From Candidatus Bathyarchaeia archaeon (GTDB taxonomy: Archaea > Thermoproteota > Bathyarchaeia > Bathyarchaeales > Bathycorpusculaceae): a DNA stretch of 64,000 nt. The number at the start of each line of letters is the position of its first letter. Within the stretch, counting starts at the first letter, position 1. Under the pieces are notes generated by a model. The model did not search any database. It was not told the origin of the DNA and saw only the letters and a list, made by a program, of their open reading frames with translations. The DNA is taken from assembly GCA_049521795.1 (NCBI GenBank), contig JBEKOM010000004.1:32001-96000 (forward strand). Direction: 5' to 3'. Position numbers and translations under genes: made by a program. Below are positions 29,229 to 39,797 of this stretch, in pieces.

Positions 29229-30494
29229 TTGAAGCGTAGTGGACACCCCTTAGAACCCGTGAATGTTCTGGATAAAAAGTTTAGGGAAAGAGTGATTTCA
29301 AGCGCAGACCACCGAGTGCTAGGGCAACAGTTGGATCTGTTTTCGATAAGCGAGGACGTTGGATGTGGTTTGGTGCTGTGGCACCCGAACGGCACCGTTG
29401 TCCGCAACTTGATCAGAGATTACTGGGAGAATGAACACCTGCAGAACGGCTATCAGCTCGTGTGCACGCCACACATTGCACGCAGAGAACTGTGGCAGAT
29501 CTCGGGGCATTTGGATTACTACAAGGATAACATGTACGTTTTCGAAAAGGACGGGGAAGGCTACGTTGTCAAGCCTATGAACTGCCCACTTCACATCGCG
29601 ATCTACAAGAGCAAGCCGAGAAGCTACAGAGAGCTGCCGATTCGCTACGCCGAGTGGGGAACGGTGTACAGGTACGAGCGGTCAGGAACGTTGCAGGGAC
29701 TGCTACGAGTGAGAGGCTTCACGCAGGACGACGCGCACATCTTCTGCACGGTCGAACAGGTCACGCAGGAGATCCTGAACCTGCTGGACTTCACGAGGCA
29801 CGTGATGCGGAAGTTCGGCTTCGAGAAACACCGCGTCTACCTTTCGACTCGTGACCCTGAACATCCTGAGAGGTACATGGGCTCCGACAAGGAATGGACC
29901 GATGCTCAGAATGCTCTTGCAAAAGCACTGGAAGAGAAGCAAGTTGCCTATCAGGAGATGCCTGGGGAAGCCGTGTTCTACGGGCCGAAGATAGACATGA
30001 ACATTGTTGACGCAGCAGGCAAGGAGTGGCAGTGCACGACGTTGCAGTTTGATTTCAACCTGCCTAAGAGGTTCAATGTTACCTACGTCGGCGCAGACAA
30101 CAAGCAACACGAAGTCGTGATGATTCACCGAGTGCTGTTAGGTGCTGTTGAAAGGTTCTTCGCGATACTGTTGGAGCACTGTGGCGGCAGCCTACCAGTT
30201 TGGCTTGCACCCGTTCAAGTTGAGGTTATCCCCGTGACAGACGATTGCCTGGAGTATGCTGGCGCAGTTTGTGCGGAGCTGAGGACTCGCGGGGTGAGGG
30301 CCGAGGTTGACGAAAGCCCGGCTACTGTTGGCTACAAGATCAGGAGCGCAGAAGTTCGAAAGGTTCCCTTCATGGCAATAGTCGGCAAACGCGAAGTCGA
30401 ACAGCAGAAGGTGTCGGTCAGGAAACATGGGACAGGAAATGTCGGCTCAATGACTACTGACGAACTGGCCACACACATGAAAAAACTGGAGTGA
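29229..30494 (+). CDS. thrS: Threonyl-tRNA synthetase, bacterial-type catalytic plus anticodon-binding domains, no editing domain
   Basis: DHR.LG..LDLF, SGH..YY, KPMNCP.H, YRYERSG.L.GLLRVRGFTQDDAHIF, FYGPKID, QFDFNLP.RF, IHR. Confidence 0.95.
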   Translation: MKRSGHPLEPVNVLDKKFRERVISSADHRVLGQQLDLFSISEDVGCGLVLWHPNGTVVRNLIRDYWENEHLQNGYQLVCTPHIARRELWQISGHLDYYKDNMYVFEKDGEGYVVKPMNCPLHIAIYKSKPRSYRELPIRYAEWGTVYRYERSGTLQGLLRVRGFTQDDAHIFCTVEQVTQEILNLLDFTRHVMRKFGFEKHRVYLSTRDPEHPERYMGSDKEWTDAQNALAKALEEKQVAYQEMPGEAVFYGPKIDMNIVDAAGKEWQCTTLQFDFNLPKRFNVTYVGADNKQHEVVMIHRVLLGAVERFFAILLEHCGGSLPVWLAPVQVEVIPVTDDCLEYAGAVCAELRTRGVRAEVDESPATVGYKIRSAEVRKVPFMAIVGKREVEQQKVSVRKHGTGNVGSMTTDELATHMKKLE

Positions 30495-30527
30495 CGGCTC
30501 TGATGGCCCTAGTTAATTGGTCAAAGT

Positions 30528-30986
30528 CTATTTGATCTCTTCGATCGCTCTCAGAACTTCTTCGGAGTGTTGCTTCACGTCGACCTTGGGGAAGATGTGA
30601 GTGATCTTTCCCTCTTTGTTTATGATGAAGGTGACTCTTTTTGCTATGAACCCTCCGAATCCGAGGACGCCGTAGGCTTTGGCAACTTCCTTTTTGCTGT
30701 CGCTGAGTATGTCAAATGGCAGGTTGTATTTTTCCGAGAACTTCTCATGTGATTCTACGCTGTCAACGCTGACTCCGATCACGACGGCGCCCTTTTCTTC
30801 GAAAGGCTTGTAATTATCCCTGAAGCTGCATGCTTCAGTCGTGCAGCCCGACGTAAAGTCCTTTGGATAGAAGTAAAGCACCACGACGTTTTTTCCGAGG
30901 AAGTCTTTTAGACTCACCGGTCGACCCTCTTCATCCAACAAAGAGAAGTCTGGGGCTGTGTCTCCAACTTTCAGCTCCGTCAACAA
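30528..30986 (-). CDS. bcp: Peroxiredoxin (BCP/PrxQ)
   Basis: LYFYPKDFTSGCTTEACSFRD motif. Confidence 0.93.
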   Translation of the reverse strand: MLTELKVGDTAPDFSLLDEEGRPVSLKDFLGKNVVVLYFYPKDFTSGCTTEACSFRDNYKPFEEKGAVVIGVSVDSVESHEKFSEKYNLPFDILSDSKKEVAKAYGVLGFGGFIAKRVTFIINKEGKITHIFPKVDVKQHSEEVLRAIEEIK

Positions 30987-31314
30987 GTTCTACCTCAATG
31001 GAACAATGCTTTATTTGCAGATTTAGGCTTTCTGGCGTCCCGTTGGTGAATTCGTCGCTTCTCTCCTTACTTCTCTGATCTACCTTCTTGTTCCAGCGCC
31101 GATTCAACGAGTAGGCTTATCACGCTCAATGCCTAGGCCACACCTCGTTCCTGCACTGGTGTTTTCACTCGTCTAACACTACCCCTCTCTATTTTTTTCT
31201 CAGTAAGTAATATTAACAAGTCTTAGGCTGGTGTTTGAGCGCTACATTTTGGCGGTTGCTGTGCAATTCTAATATAGCGATTTGTTCCAAAGTATATGCG
31301 AGTAGTGGATTCGA

Positions 31315-31788
31315 TTGGTGACCTTGACTGATTGGACTGCGATTCTTTCAGCCTTGGCAGGTGTGTCCGCAACGGTGTTCATTCTCCTCCAGCTTAGGCA
31401 CATGGAGCAGCACAGAGACCTTGAGGTTTCTATGAAATTGTTCGAGTGGGCAGAGACCGAGAGACTTCGTAAAGCTTTCAGGTGGGTCGAGGAAGAGTTT
31501 CAGTTTGAGAACTATGAGAAGTACAAGGCTGAAGAAACCAAGAGTTTTGAGGTGAGCGATTATCCCTACGAGGTTGAAGCCTATTTTGAGGAGGTCGGTT
31601 TTCTCGTCGTCAAAAAGTTCGTGGACCTCAACATCATTGTTGACCGCCTCGGCTCTTACATCATCGCGGACTGGAAGAGGCTGGAGCCATGGATTTTGGC
31701 CCTCAGAAAGGAGAGGGGCGACGAGACGTTCGGTGAACACTTCCAGAAACTGTATCAAAAAACAGTTGAATCCATGGAAAAGCGTTGA
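31315..31788 (+). CDS. DUF4760-like protein with N-terminal TM helix
   Basis: Hydrophobic N-terminus ending in QL; YFE.VG.LV....D, W..L.PWI...R and F..L pattern. Confidence 0.65.
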   Translation: MVTLTDWTAILSALAGVSATVFILLQLRHMEQHRDLEVSMKLFEWAETERLRKAFRWVEEEFQFENYEKYKAEETKSFEVSDYPYEVEAYFEEVGFLVVKKFVDLNIIVDRLGSYIIADWKRLEPWILALRKERGDETFGEHFQKLYQKTVESMEKR

Positions 31789-31872
31789 AAGGGAGAAGAC
31801 GCGCGTGCTGAAACATATATATCTCTGTTTGCATACGCTAGAAAACTAGCCGGTTATTCGGAGATTATTCAA

Positions 31873-32415
31873 ATGGGCGAAGAGCAGGAAGAACAGCCAA
31901 AGAGCGATGAACAAATCGAATCGCTCAAAGAGGCTGTGGAAACGGAGAAGAGACGTTCAGAAGATTACCTTACGCAGTTGAAGTATGCCCAAGCGGACAT
32001 CGAGAATCTCAAGAAGAGGTTCGACCGGCAAGTATCTGAAGTGAGGCAGTACGCTAATGAACGCTTAGTAATTGAACTGTTGGATGTCGTTGATGAGTTG
32101 GAGTTGGCCATCAAATCTGGCCGCTCTTCAGGCTCTGCGGAAGCGCTGATCCAAGGCGTTGAGTTGACCCTCAAGAAGCTCCGAAAAATCTTGGAAAACG
32201 AGGGTGTCGTGCCGATAAAGTGCGTAGGTGAAGCTTTCGACCCTTCAAAACACAGCGCTGTTGCGAAAATCGAAAAGGAAGGCGTCGAAGGGTGTAAGAT
32301 AGTTGAAGAAGTGCGGAAGGGCTATACGATGAGAGAAAAGGTGATTAGACCGAGCATAGTTAAGGTTGTCGTGAAACCTTCAAAATCACAAGAGGAGATG
32401 AATTCAAATGAGTAG
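31873..32415 (+). CDS. grpE: Nucleotide exchange factor GrpE
   Basis: AD.EN.KKR, GE.FDP..H.A, KGY....VIRP..V; upstream of dnaK. Confidence 0.95.
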   Translation: MGEEQEEQPKSDEQIESLKEAVETEKRRSEDYLTQLKYAQADIENLKKRFDRQVSEVRQYANERLVIELLDVVDELELAIKSGRSSGSAEALIQGVELTLKKLRKILENEGVVPIKCVGEAFDPSKHSAVAKIEKEGVEGCKIVEEVRKGYTMREKVIRPSIVKVVVKPSKSQEEMNSNE

Positions 32416-34297
32416 TGTGAAACCCGGGGAAAGAATTCTGGGCATAGACTTGGGAACTACAAACTCTGCGGCCGCCATCTATGAAGGCGGAAGGGCCACT
32501 GTGATCCCTAGTGCTGAAGGGCCTACGATGGCTGGCAAGATGTTTCCTTCAGTCGTCGCGTTCACCAAGGATGGCACGCTTCTAATCGGCGAATCGGCGA
32601 AGAGGCAGGCGACGGCGAATCCTGAAGGCACGATATATGAAATAAAGAGGAAAATGGGAACTGACTACAAAGTAACCATAGCGGGGAAGGAATACACTCC
32701 TCAACAAATCTCTGCATTCATACTGCAGAAGATAAAAAAAGACGCTGAAACGTACTTGGCCACCACGCTAAGGAAGGCCGTGATAACGGTCCCCGCTCAC
32801 TTCAATGATAACCAACGTCAAGCCACGAAAGACGCGGGAGAAATAGCCGGCTTCGAAGTTGCAAGGATAATAAACGAGCCGACCGCGGCCTGTTTGGCCT
32901 ACGGGATCGATAAGCTGGAAAAGGAGATGAAGATTCTTGTTTTCAGCTTTGGCGGCGGCACACACGACGTCACTGTTATGGATTTCGGCAAAGGAGTATT
33001 CCAAGTGCTCTCAACGAGCGGAGACACCCAGATCGGCGGCACAGACTTGGACAAAGCGGTAATGGACTTTCTCATAGAAGAGTTCCAAAGACAAACAGGC
33101 ATAGACCTGCGAGGCGACAAAATGGCGATCTCTAGGTTGAAGGAGGCTGCTGAGAAAGCAAAGATAGAGTTGTCAACTCTGATGACGACAGATATAGACC
33201 TGCCATTCTTACACACCGATGCCTCAGGACCCAAGCACCTTCACCTCACGTTGTCCAGAGCTAAACTTGAAGCCCTAGCTCAACCGATAGTCCAGAAGAC
33301 GCAGCGCACGATGGTGAAAGCCCTTGAAGACGCGAAGCTGACTCCAAAAGACGTAGACAAGATAATTCTCATCGGCGGAATGACAAGGATGCCCTACGTT
33401 CAACGGTTTGTCGAGCAGATAATGGGAAAACCAGCAGAAAGAGGCATAGACCCGATGGAATGCGTCGCAATCGGTGCAGCAATACAGGGAGCCGTGCTGA
33501 CAGGAGAGGTTAAAGACCTTTTGCTTCTTGACGTTACCCCACTCTCGCTCGGGGTTGAAACGCTTGGCCACGTGTTCACAAGAATCATGGAGAAGAACAC
33601 CACGATCCCGACGAGGCGAAGCCAAGTGTTCACGACGGCAGCAGACTTCCAGACAGCTGTTACGATACATGTTCTTCAGGGTGAACGCCAAATGGCACCT
33701 GACAACGTTTCCCTCGGCATGTTCAATCTGGAAGGCATCCCACCGTCTCCAAGAGGCGTACCGCAGATCGAAGTAACCTTCGACATTGACGCGAACGGAA
33801 TACTGAACGTGACGGCAAAGGACCTGGGCACAGGCAAGGTAGCGAAAATAACGATAACAGCCTCAACGAAGCTGTCCAAAGAAGAAAAAGAGCGGCTCAT
33901 CAAAGACGCGGAGCAATTTGCCGAGCAAGACAAGAGGAAACGTGAAGAAGCTGAGGCCAGAAACAACGCTGACAACATGATCTACACAGCGGAGAAAACC
34001 AAGAAAGACCTAGGAGAGAAACTCAATCAGGACCAAAAGAACAGGATAGATGCTGCAGTCTCGGCTCTGAAAGACGCACTCGCCGGAACAGACACGGACA
34101 AGATCAAGGCAAAATCTGAAGAACTGATGAAAGTACTTCAAGAAGTCGGAACAACGATATATCAGCAGGCAGCTGCTGAACAGGCAAAGGAGCAGGGACA
34201 GCAAGGACAACCGGGACAACCCGGCGGAGAAGCAGCTCAAGAGCCCGGCCCAAGCGGAGACAAAGTGGTCGACTCAGAGGATTACAAGGTGAAATAG
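32408..34297 (+). CDS. dnaK: Chaperone DnaK (Hsp70)
   Basis: [59 protein letters not shown]. Confidence 0.98.
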   Translation: MSSVKPGERILGIDLGTTNSAAAIYEGGRATVIPSAEGPTMAGKMFPSVVAFTKDGTLLIGESAKRQATANPEGTIYEIKRKMGTDYKVTIAGKEYTPQQISAFILQKIKKDAETYLATTLRKAVITVPAHFNDNQRQATKDAGEIAGFEVARIINEPTAACLAYGIDKLEKEMKILVFSFGGGTHDVTVMDFGKGVFQVLSTSGDTQIGGTDLDKAVMDFLIEEFQRQTGIDLRGDKMAISRLKEAAEKAKIELSTLMTTDIDLPFLHTDASGPKHLHLTLSRAKLEALAQPIVQKTQRTMVKALEDAKLTPKDVDKIILIGGMTRMPYVQRFVEQIMGKPAERGIDPMECVAIGAAIQGAVLTGEVKDLLLLDVTPLSLGVETLGHVFTRIMEKNTTIPTRRSQVFTTAADFQTAVTIHVLQGERQMAPDNVSLGMFNLEGIPPSPRGVPQIEVTFDIDANGILNVTAKDLGTGKVAKITITASTKLSKEEKERLIKDAEQFAEQDKRKREEAEARNNADNMIYTAEKTKKDLGEKLNQDQKNRIDAAVSALKDALAGTDTDKIKAKSEELMKVLQEVGTTIYQQAAAEQAKEQGQQGQPGQPGGEAAQEPGPSGDKVVDSEDYKVK

Positions 34298-34350
34298 AGT
34301 TCTAGGCATACCTGATCTTGAAACTGCATCACCAGTCTGATGGTAAGGAG

Positions 34351-35472
34351 ATGGCCAGTAAAAGAGATTACTACGAGGTTCTCGGCGTTTCCAGAACCGC
34401 TTCTAAAGACGAAATCAAAGATGCTTACAGAAAGCTGGCGTTGCAATACCACCCAGACAGAAACAAAGCCGCCGACGCAGAGGAGAAGTTCAAGGAAATA
34501 TCCGAAGCCTACGCCGTGTTATCAGACGACGAAAAGCGCACGCAGTATAATCAGCTAGGCCACGCAGGTTTTGACCAACGCTACACCAGAGAGGACATAT
34601 TCAGGGGCGCAGACTTCGAGTCCATATTCAGAGACATGGGCGGCGGCTTCGGTCTGGGAGACGTCTTCCGAGTCTTCTTCGGCGGAGGAGACTTTGAGGA
34701 AAGGGTCACAAGAGGCAGAGACCTAGCATACGACCTTGAGGTCACACTGGAAGAAGCAGCAAGAGGCGCCGAGAAGGAAATAGAGATCTCAAGAGCCGAA
34801 AAATGCGACGTCTGCGGAGGCAGTGGAGCGGCCCCAAACAGCCCGCCCAGAACCTGCCCTAGATGCAACGGAGCTGGAAGAGTACAGAGTACAACAAGAA
34901 ACGCCTTCGGCACGTTTGTACGAGTCGTACCATGCCCCACGTGCGGCGGAAGAGGAAGGATCATAGACAAACTGTGCCCAAGGTGTAGAGGCAACGGTTT
35001 GATTGAGAGAGAACGAAGAATCACCGTGAAGGTGCCTTCAGGCATAGATGAAGGATATCAGCTTAGACTCTCAGGAGAGGGAGAAATGTCTGCAGAAGCA
35101 AGGTCTCCTGGGGACCTTTACGTTGTGATCCATATAGCCGCGCACCCGTACTTCAAGAGAGACGAAGATGATCTCCTCTACAGTCTAACGATAGGCTTCC
35201 CTCAAGCGGCCTTAGGCACAGATGTTTCAATCCCGACTCTTGAAGGAAACACCAGCTTCACAATTCACCCTGGAACGCAGCCAGGTGAAACAATCAGGCT
35301 GAGAGGGAAAGGCATGCCGAGGTTCAGAGGGTACGGGAGAGGCGACATGCTGGTACGAGTTGAGATAGAAGTCCCTGAGAAGTTGACTCAGCAACAGAGA
35401 ACCCTGCTTGAACAGTTGGCCAAAGAATTTGAGCAAAGTGTGAAACCGAAGGGTCACAGGCTAAGGCTCTAG
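34351..35472 (+). CDS. dnaJ: Chaperone DnaJ
   Basis: J-domain with HPD, G/F region, four CxxCxGxG repeats. Confidence 0.97.
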   Translation: MASKRDYYEVLGVSRTASKDEIKDAYRKLALQYHPDRNKAADAEEKFKEISEAYAVLSDDEKRTQYNQLGHAGFDQRYTREDIFRGADFESIFRDMGGGFGLGDVFRVFFGGGDFEERVTRGRDLAYDLEVTLEEAARGAEKEIEISRAEKCDVCGGSGAAPNSPPRTCPRCNGAGRVQSTTRNAFGTFVRVVPCPTCGGRGRIIDKLCPRCRGNGLIERERRITVKVPSGIDEGYQLRLSGEGEMSAEARSPGDLYVVIHIAAHPYFKRDEDDLLYSLTIGFPQAALGTDVSIPTLEGNTSFTIHPGTQPGETIRLRGKGMPRFRGYGRGDMLVRVEIEVPEKLTQQQRTLLEQLAKEFEQSVKPKGHRLRL

Positions 35473-35539
35473 CAGTTTTAGTAACCCCAATTTTTCTTTG
35501 CCCGCTCAGTAGTTTTCGCACTAAACCTCATAGAAGCTT

Positions 35540-35854
35540 CTACATGACATCAAGTTGCCCCACAGTGTGATGCCCTACCTCGTAACCTTCTTTTTCGCAG
35601 AATTCCAGAATCCTTGCAACAGCTCTCAAATCAATTGCTTTTATCCTCTCTTCTTCAGGTCCAACGATTTCGATGATTATCCCGACGCCTGCGACTCCGC
35701 AGCAAGTGTGTACGTTCTTGTAGACTCTTATGTCGTAGTCTTTTGGAACTCCTATTTCCTTTACGGATTTCTTTATTTCGTTCACTAAGAAGTCGATCTG
35801 GTATGGGTGGTTCGCATTGACGAAATAGATTTCCCTGCAGCTTATTTTGGACAT
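35540..35854 (-). CDS. Hypothetical protein
   Basis: 104-aa ORF starting immediately after the Lrp-domain gene; contains HTCCG. Confidence 0.65.
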   Translation of the reverse strand: MSKISCREIYFVNANHPYQIDFLVNEIKKSVKEIGVPKDYDIRVYKNVHTCCGVAGVGIIIEIVGPEEERIKAIDLRAVARILEFCEKEGYEVGHHTVGQLDVM

Positions 35855-36109
35855 TCATCTCCCCTTGAAAGTAATCAAAGTAATAGTCTCCTTTATCCCT
35901 TCAATGGTACGCAGTTTTGCGAAGACGAACTCGTCTAGGTTTTCAGTCGTGGGAAACGAAACTTCAACGTGTAAATCATAGTGTCCATACGTAGGAACTG
36001 CACTGCAAATCCCCGGTAACTTCTTGACTTCTTTGAGTACAATTTCATCCTTTCCGGCTTCGACTTTTGCCAATACGTATGCGGTAACCAATTCATGCTC
36101 CCTTCTCAC
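35855..36109 (-). CDS. Stand-alone Lrp/AsnC ligand-binding domain protein
   Basis: AYVL..V..G.D..V, TYG.YDL, LR.I.GIKET.TLI pattern. Confidence 0.85.
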   Translation of the reverse strand: MRREHELVTAYVLAKVEAGKDEIVLKEVKKLPGICSAVPTYGHYDLHVEVSFPTTENLDEFVFAKLRTIEGIKETITLITFKGR

Positions 36110-36194
36110 GAGCGCCCGCGCGCAACAGATAGAAAGACATACTGTGTTAAATACTTCTTCGGTTCAAGAGGCTGCAAACTAAGGGAAAAGCAAA

Positions 36195-36398
36195 ATGATT
36201 AAAGGGTTTTTCTACGTCGGCATTGCTTTGATAGTCATCGCATTGATACTTGGCGGAGTGCAAGATCTCCATGTTTACAGCATTTACGGCAGTGGAGCAA
36301 ACAAATGGTATTTCTACGGTTTTGTCGGAATCGTCTTCTTGATTGGCATTGCACTCGTGGTATGGTCCTACATGAAAAGGCAAAAGCCTCAAAAGTGA
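36195..36398 (+). CDS. Small two-helix membrane protein
   Basis: 67 aa; two hydrophobic stretches and a basic C-terminus. Confidence 0.6.
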   Translation: MIKGFFYVGIALIVIALILGGVQDLHVYSIYGSGANKWYFYGFVGIVFLIGIALVVWSYMKRQKPQK

Positions 36399-36559
36399 CT
36401 ATTATTCTGTAATCTCACGAGCACAGATTTCAATTGACCAGCAGTTCCGTATGTCAACTAGAATTGCATACATTGCACGCGAAGCTCAAGAAATTGCAAA
36501 TGGATGCTCAGAGTTGAGATCATCAGCCATGAGAAGAAAGAGAAGGGAGAATCACGCAA

Positions 36560-37849
36560 ATGGATGAGTACACTTCAAAAACTCGGACTTCGATGACTCT
36601 TTATGATAGGGCGAAAAAGGTTCTTCCCGCTGGTGTTTCTTACGGGATACGTTATTTTGAGCCATACCCCTTCTACACTGCCAAAGCACACGGAAGTAGG
36701 CTTTGGGACGTTGACGGAAACGAGTACATCGATTTTTGGCTCGGACACGCTGCGCTTATCCTTGGACACAGCCCGAAGGAAGTTGTGAAAGTTGTCAAGA
36801 GACAACTGGAAAATGGAACTCACTACGGAACATCGCACGAACTGGAAATCGCGCTAGCTGAACAGGTTGTCAAAATGGTTCCGAACTCCGAAATGGTTCG
36901 CTTCACCAATTCTGGAACAGAAGCAAACATGTACGCTACCAGACTGGCGCGTGCGTTCACGGGCAGAGACACGATTGCCAAATTTGAAGGTGGATGGCAT
37001 GGAGGTTACGACGCACTCCACGTGGGTGTGAAACAGCCCTTCGACCTTCCGGAATCGGCAGGCTTAACGCATGGGGCTCTTCAAGACACTGTTCTTTTGC
37101 CTTTCAACGACCTCGAAGGGGTTGAGAAGAGACTGAAAAACAAGCAGCCTGCCTCCATCGTTATCGAACCCGTGTTAGGAGCCGGAGGAGCAGTGCCAGC
37201 TGAAAAAGAATTCCTGAAAGGCTTGAGAGAATTCTGTGACAGGAAAGATATTCTACTGATCTTTGATGAAGTGATCACGGGGTTCCGGTTGGCTCCAGGA
37301 GGGGGACAACAGTTCTACGGCGTAAACGCTGACATAACCGTTCTAGGAAAGATTCTGGGAGGAGGCTTCCCTGTTGGCGCTTTCTGCGGGTCGAAGAAGA
37401 TAATGGAGAGGATAGACAACGTCGCCTACAAGCGTCCGGACTACTCTTTTCACGGAGGAACCTTCACCGGAAACCCGATGACAATGATTGCAGGACTCAC
37501 GACACTGAAAACCCTGGAAGATGGCAGGTTGACAAGCCGTCTCAACAGGCAGGGCGACGAAATCAGGAAGAGACTGCGACGGATCTTTGAAAAGCATAAC
37601 GTAGACGCGCAAGTCGTTGGCTTGGGGTCCTTGTTTAATGTTCACTTCACAAAAGAGCGGATAAGAGATGCCCTCGCCGTCTTTCGAGCAGACAAGAAGA
37701 GGCTTCTCGAATACAACTTAGCATTAATGGCAAACGGAATCTTCTTCCTACCGACTCACTGCGGAGCCTTGAGCGCTGCCCACTCAGAAGCGGACGTCGA
37801 GAGACTTTTCAAGGAAACAGAGCACTATTTAGAACAATATGAAAAGTAG
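36560..37849 (+). CDS. Class III PLP aminotransferase, glutamate-1-semialdehyde 2,1-aminomutase-like
   Basis: DVDGNEYID, RFTNSGTEA, FEGGWHG, FDEVITGFR, GKILGGGFPVGA, GTF.GNP. Confidence 0.88.
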   Translation: MDEYTSKTRTSMTLYDRAKKVLPAGVSYGIRYFEPYPFYTAKAHGSRLWDVDGNEYIDFWLGHAALILGHSPKEVVKVVKRQLENGTHYGTSHELEIALAEQVVKMVPNSEMVRFTNSGTEANMYATRLARAFTGRDTIAKFEGGWHGGYDALHVGVKQPFDLPESAGLTHGALQDTVLLPFNDLEGVEKRLKNKQPASIVIEPVLGAGGAVPAEKEFLKGLREFCDRKDILLIFDEVITGFRLAPGGGQQFYGVNADITVLGKILGGGFPVGAFCGSKKIMERIDNVAYKRPDYSFHGGTFTGNPMTMIAGLTTLKTLEDGRLTSRLNRQGDEIRKRLRRIFEKHNVDAQVVGLGSLFNVHFTKERIRDALAVFRADKKRLLEYNLALMANGIFFLPTHCGALSAAHSEADVERLFKETEHYLEQYEK

Positions 37850-37952
37850 CGCGAATGTGTGCAGCCTCCACTTGTTGATATTCAATAGATAGGGGCGTTC
37901 TGAAAATCTTTATATTGATTTGAGACGTTTGGGCTAACCTAAGAAGATCACA

Positions 37953-39797
37953 ATGAGTATTGCAAAGCCTCTTCTCGATTATGCTAAGTCTCTTAAACCG
38001 CAGAAGGGTTTCGCGCAGTCCTTTTCGGATTTCAAAAGACTCTTGCATTATCACAGGAGATACCCTTGGCACGTCTCGGCTATAGTTGTTCTTGCATTGA
38101 TAAGGTCCATTTTGTTCTCGCTCGAACCATTGTATACCTCCTACATTATCATCTACGTCATAGGACCCCCGACTGACACTAGTCTGTTGATGACCTATCT
38201 ACTCATTATCGTACTGGCCGGAATAGGCTACGCCATAACAAACTTCATTCTGACTTACGTGCACGGGATAATGTCCCAGTATATAGTGCGAGACATAAGG
38301 TCCGAGTATTACCGTTCGCTTCAGAGCAAATCCTTCAGTTTTTACGATTCTGTAGGCGTTGGAGATCTAACGTCAAGAGCCACAGTGGACCTTCAATTAG
38401 TCGACATGTTTCTGAGAACATGGCTGGGTACCGTTCTTAACGCCATCTTCACAACAATCATCATCGTTGTGATAACTCTCTCAATAAGCCCGACTATGAC
38501 CCTGATCTCCATGGCCACGATGCCGCTCATCTTCTATTTCACAACGCGCCTATGGATAGACACGATGCCCCTCTTCAGAAACATGCAGCTAATCATAGGA
38601 AGATTGACTTCATACATACAGCAAAACATCGTCGGAATGAAAACAGTCAGGATATTCCGCCGAGAAAAAGATGTTGTCGATGGATTCAAAGACGTGGAAG
38701 ACATATACGTGAACACTGCAATCACCGCGGGCAAAATACAATCAATCTACATGCCACTCGGTCCAGCGATACTCACGCTTGGAGCAGCACTGGTCTACGT
38801 TTACGCAGGAATTACGCTGGGTGTTCCATACTCAGCCCTGGCGGTTGCTCAAATTGGCTACTTGATTCTCTTTGTCAGATACATGATGAGACTGACCTTT
38901 CCCATAAGGGATGTAAGCCAGACTCTTGGCACGTGGATTGCCGCTTACGCGGGATTGGAAAGAGTGCAAGAAATGATAGATGCTCCAAGAGGCGTTGAAG
39001 ACTTGCCTAACGCCAGAGACATTAGGATAGAAAAAGGAAAACTTGAGCTGGAAAACGTCACGTTTGGGTACGTGAAAGACAAGCCTGTGCTAAATAACGT
39101 CACTTTCACTGTGCAGCCAGGTGAAAAAATAGCGATACTGGGCGCAACAGGGTCCGGAAAGAGTTCTCTGATATACCTAATCCCAAGGTTTTATGACATC
39201 CAGGGGGGAAGCATTAGAATAGATGGCACGGATATCCACGAATTCAAACTGGCTTCGCTCAGACGGCAGATAGGCGTAGTGCTGCAAGATGTTTTCCTGT
39301 TTTCTGGAACGATGAAGGAGAACATTGCCTTCGGTAAGCCTGACGCCTCGATGGATGAAATAGTCCAAGCTGCTAAATCAGCCAAAATACACGATTTCAT
39401 TGAATCCCTTCCATCTGGTTACGACACACCTGTTGGGGAAAGGGGGATCACGCTTTCGGGAGGCCAGAAGCAGAGAATAACCATAGCGAGAGCGCTCGTG
39501 GGCAACCCGAGGATGCTGATAATGGACGATTCGCTCTCCTTTGTGGACGCAAAGACGGAGCAAGAAATTCAATCCGCAATAGAAGAAGCAACAAAGACAA
39601 GGACAACCCTCATAATCGCGCAGAGATTCTCAACGATAAAGACGGCTAAAAAGATACTTGTCCTTGAGAATGGTTCAGTAGCGGAATTTGGCACCCACGA
39701 GGAGCTCATGGCAAGAGATGGCGTCTACAAGAAGGTCTATGAAACCCAGTTTGTCCAAAAAGCTTCACCTATCCTACGGGAAGGAGGTGGTTCCTAG
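37953..39797 (+). CDS. ABC exporter, fused permease/ATPase subunit
   Basis: TM domain followed by GATGSGKS, LSGGQKQR and LIMDD (degenerate Walker B, typical of heterodimeric exporters). Confidence 0.92.
   Translation: MSIAKPLLDYAKSLKPQKGFAQSFSDFKRLLHYHRRYPWHVSAIVVLALIRSILFSLEPLYTSYIIIYVIGPPTDTSLLMTYLLIIVLAGIGYAITNFILTYVHGIMSQYIVRDIRSEYYRSLQSKSFSFYDSVGVGDLTSRATVDLQLVDMFLRTWLGTVLNAIFTTIIIVVITLSISPTMTLISMATMPLIFYFTTRLWIDTMPLFRNMQLIIGRLTSYIQQNIVGMKTVRIFRREKDVVDGFKDVEDIYVNTAITAGKIQSIYMPLGPAILTLGAALVYVYAGITLGVPYSALAVAQIGYLILFVRYMMRLTFPIRDVSQTLGTWIAAYAGLERVQEMIDAPRGVEDLPNARDIRIEKGKLELENVTFGYVKDKPVLNNVTFTVQPGEKIAILGATGSGKSSLIYLIPRFYDIQGGSIRIDGTDIHEFKLASLRRQIGVVLQDVFLFSGTMKENIAFGKPDASMDEIVQAAKSAKIHDFIESLPSGYDTPVGERGITLSGGQKQRITIARALVGNPRMLIMDDSLSFVDAKTEQEIQSAIEEATKTRTTLIIAQRFSTIKTAKKILVLENGSVAEFGTHEELMARDGVYKKVYETQFVQKASPILREGGGS

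Noticed and set aside
31023-31166. Short minus-strand frame with an in-frame TAG (possible pyrrolysine readthrough)
   Set aside because: Under 50 codons, no recognisable homology and no pyl genes in the window; unsupported.
36560-37849. Assigning hemL and tetrapyrrole biosynthesis
   Set aside because: Family motifs fit, but no hem genes are adjacent and GSA-like paralogues are common; the symbol was withheld.
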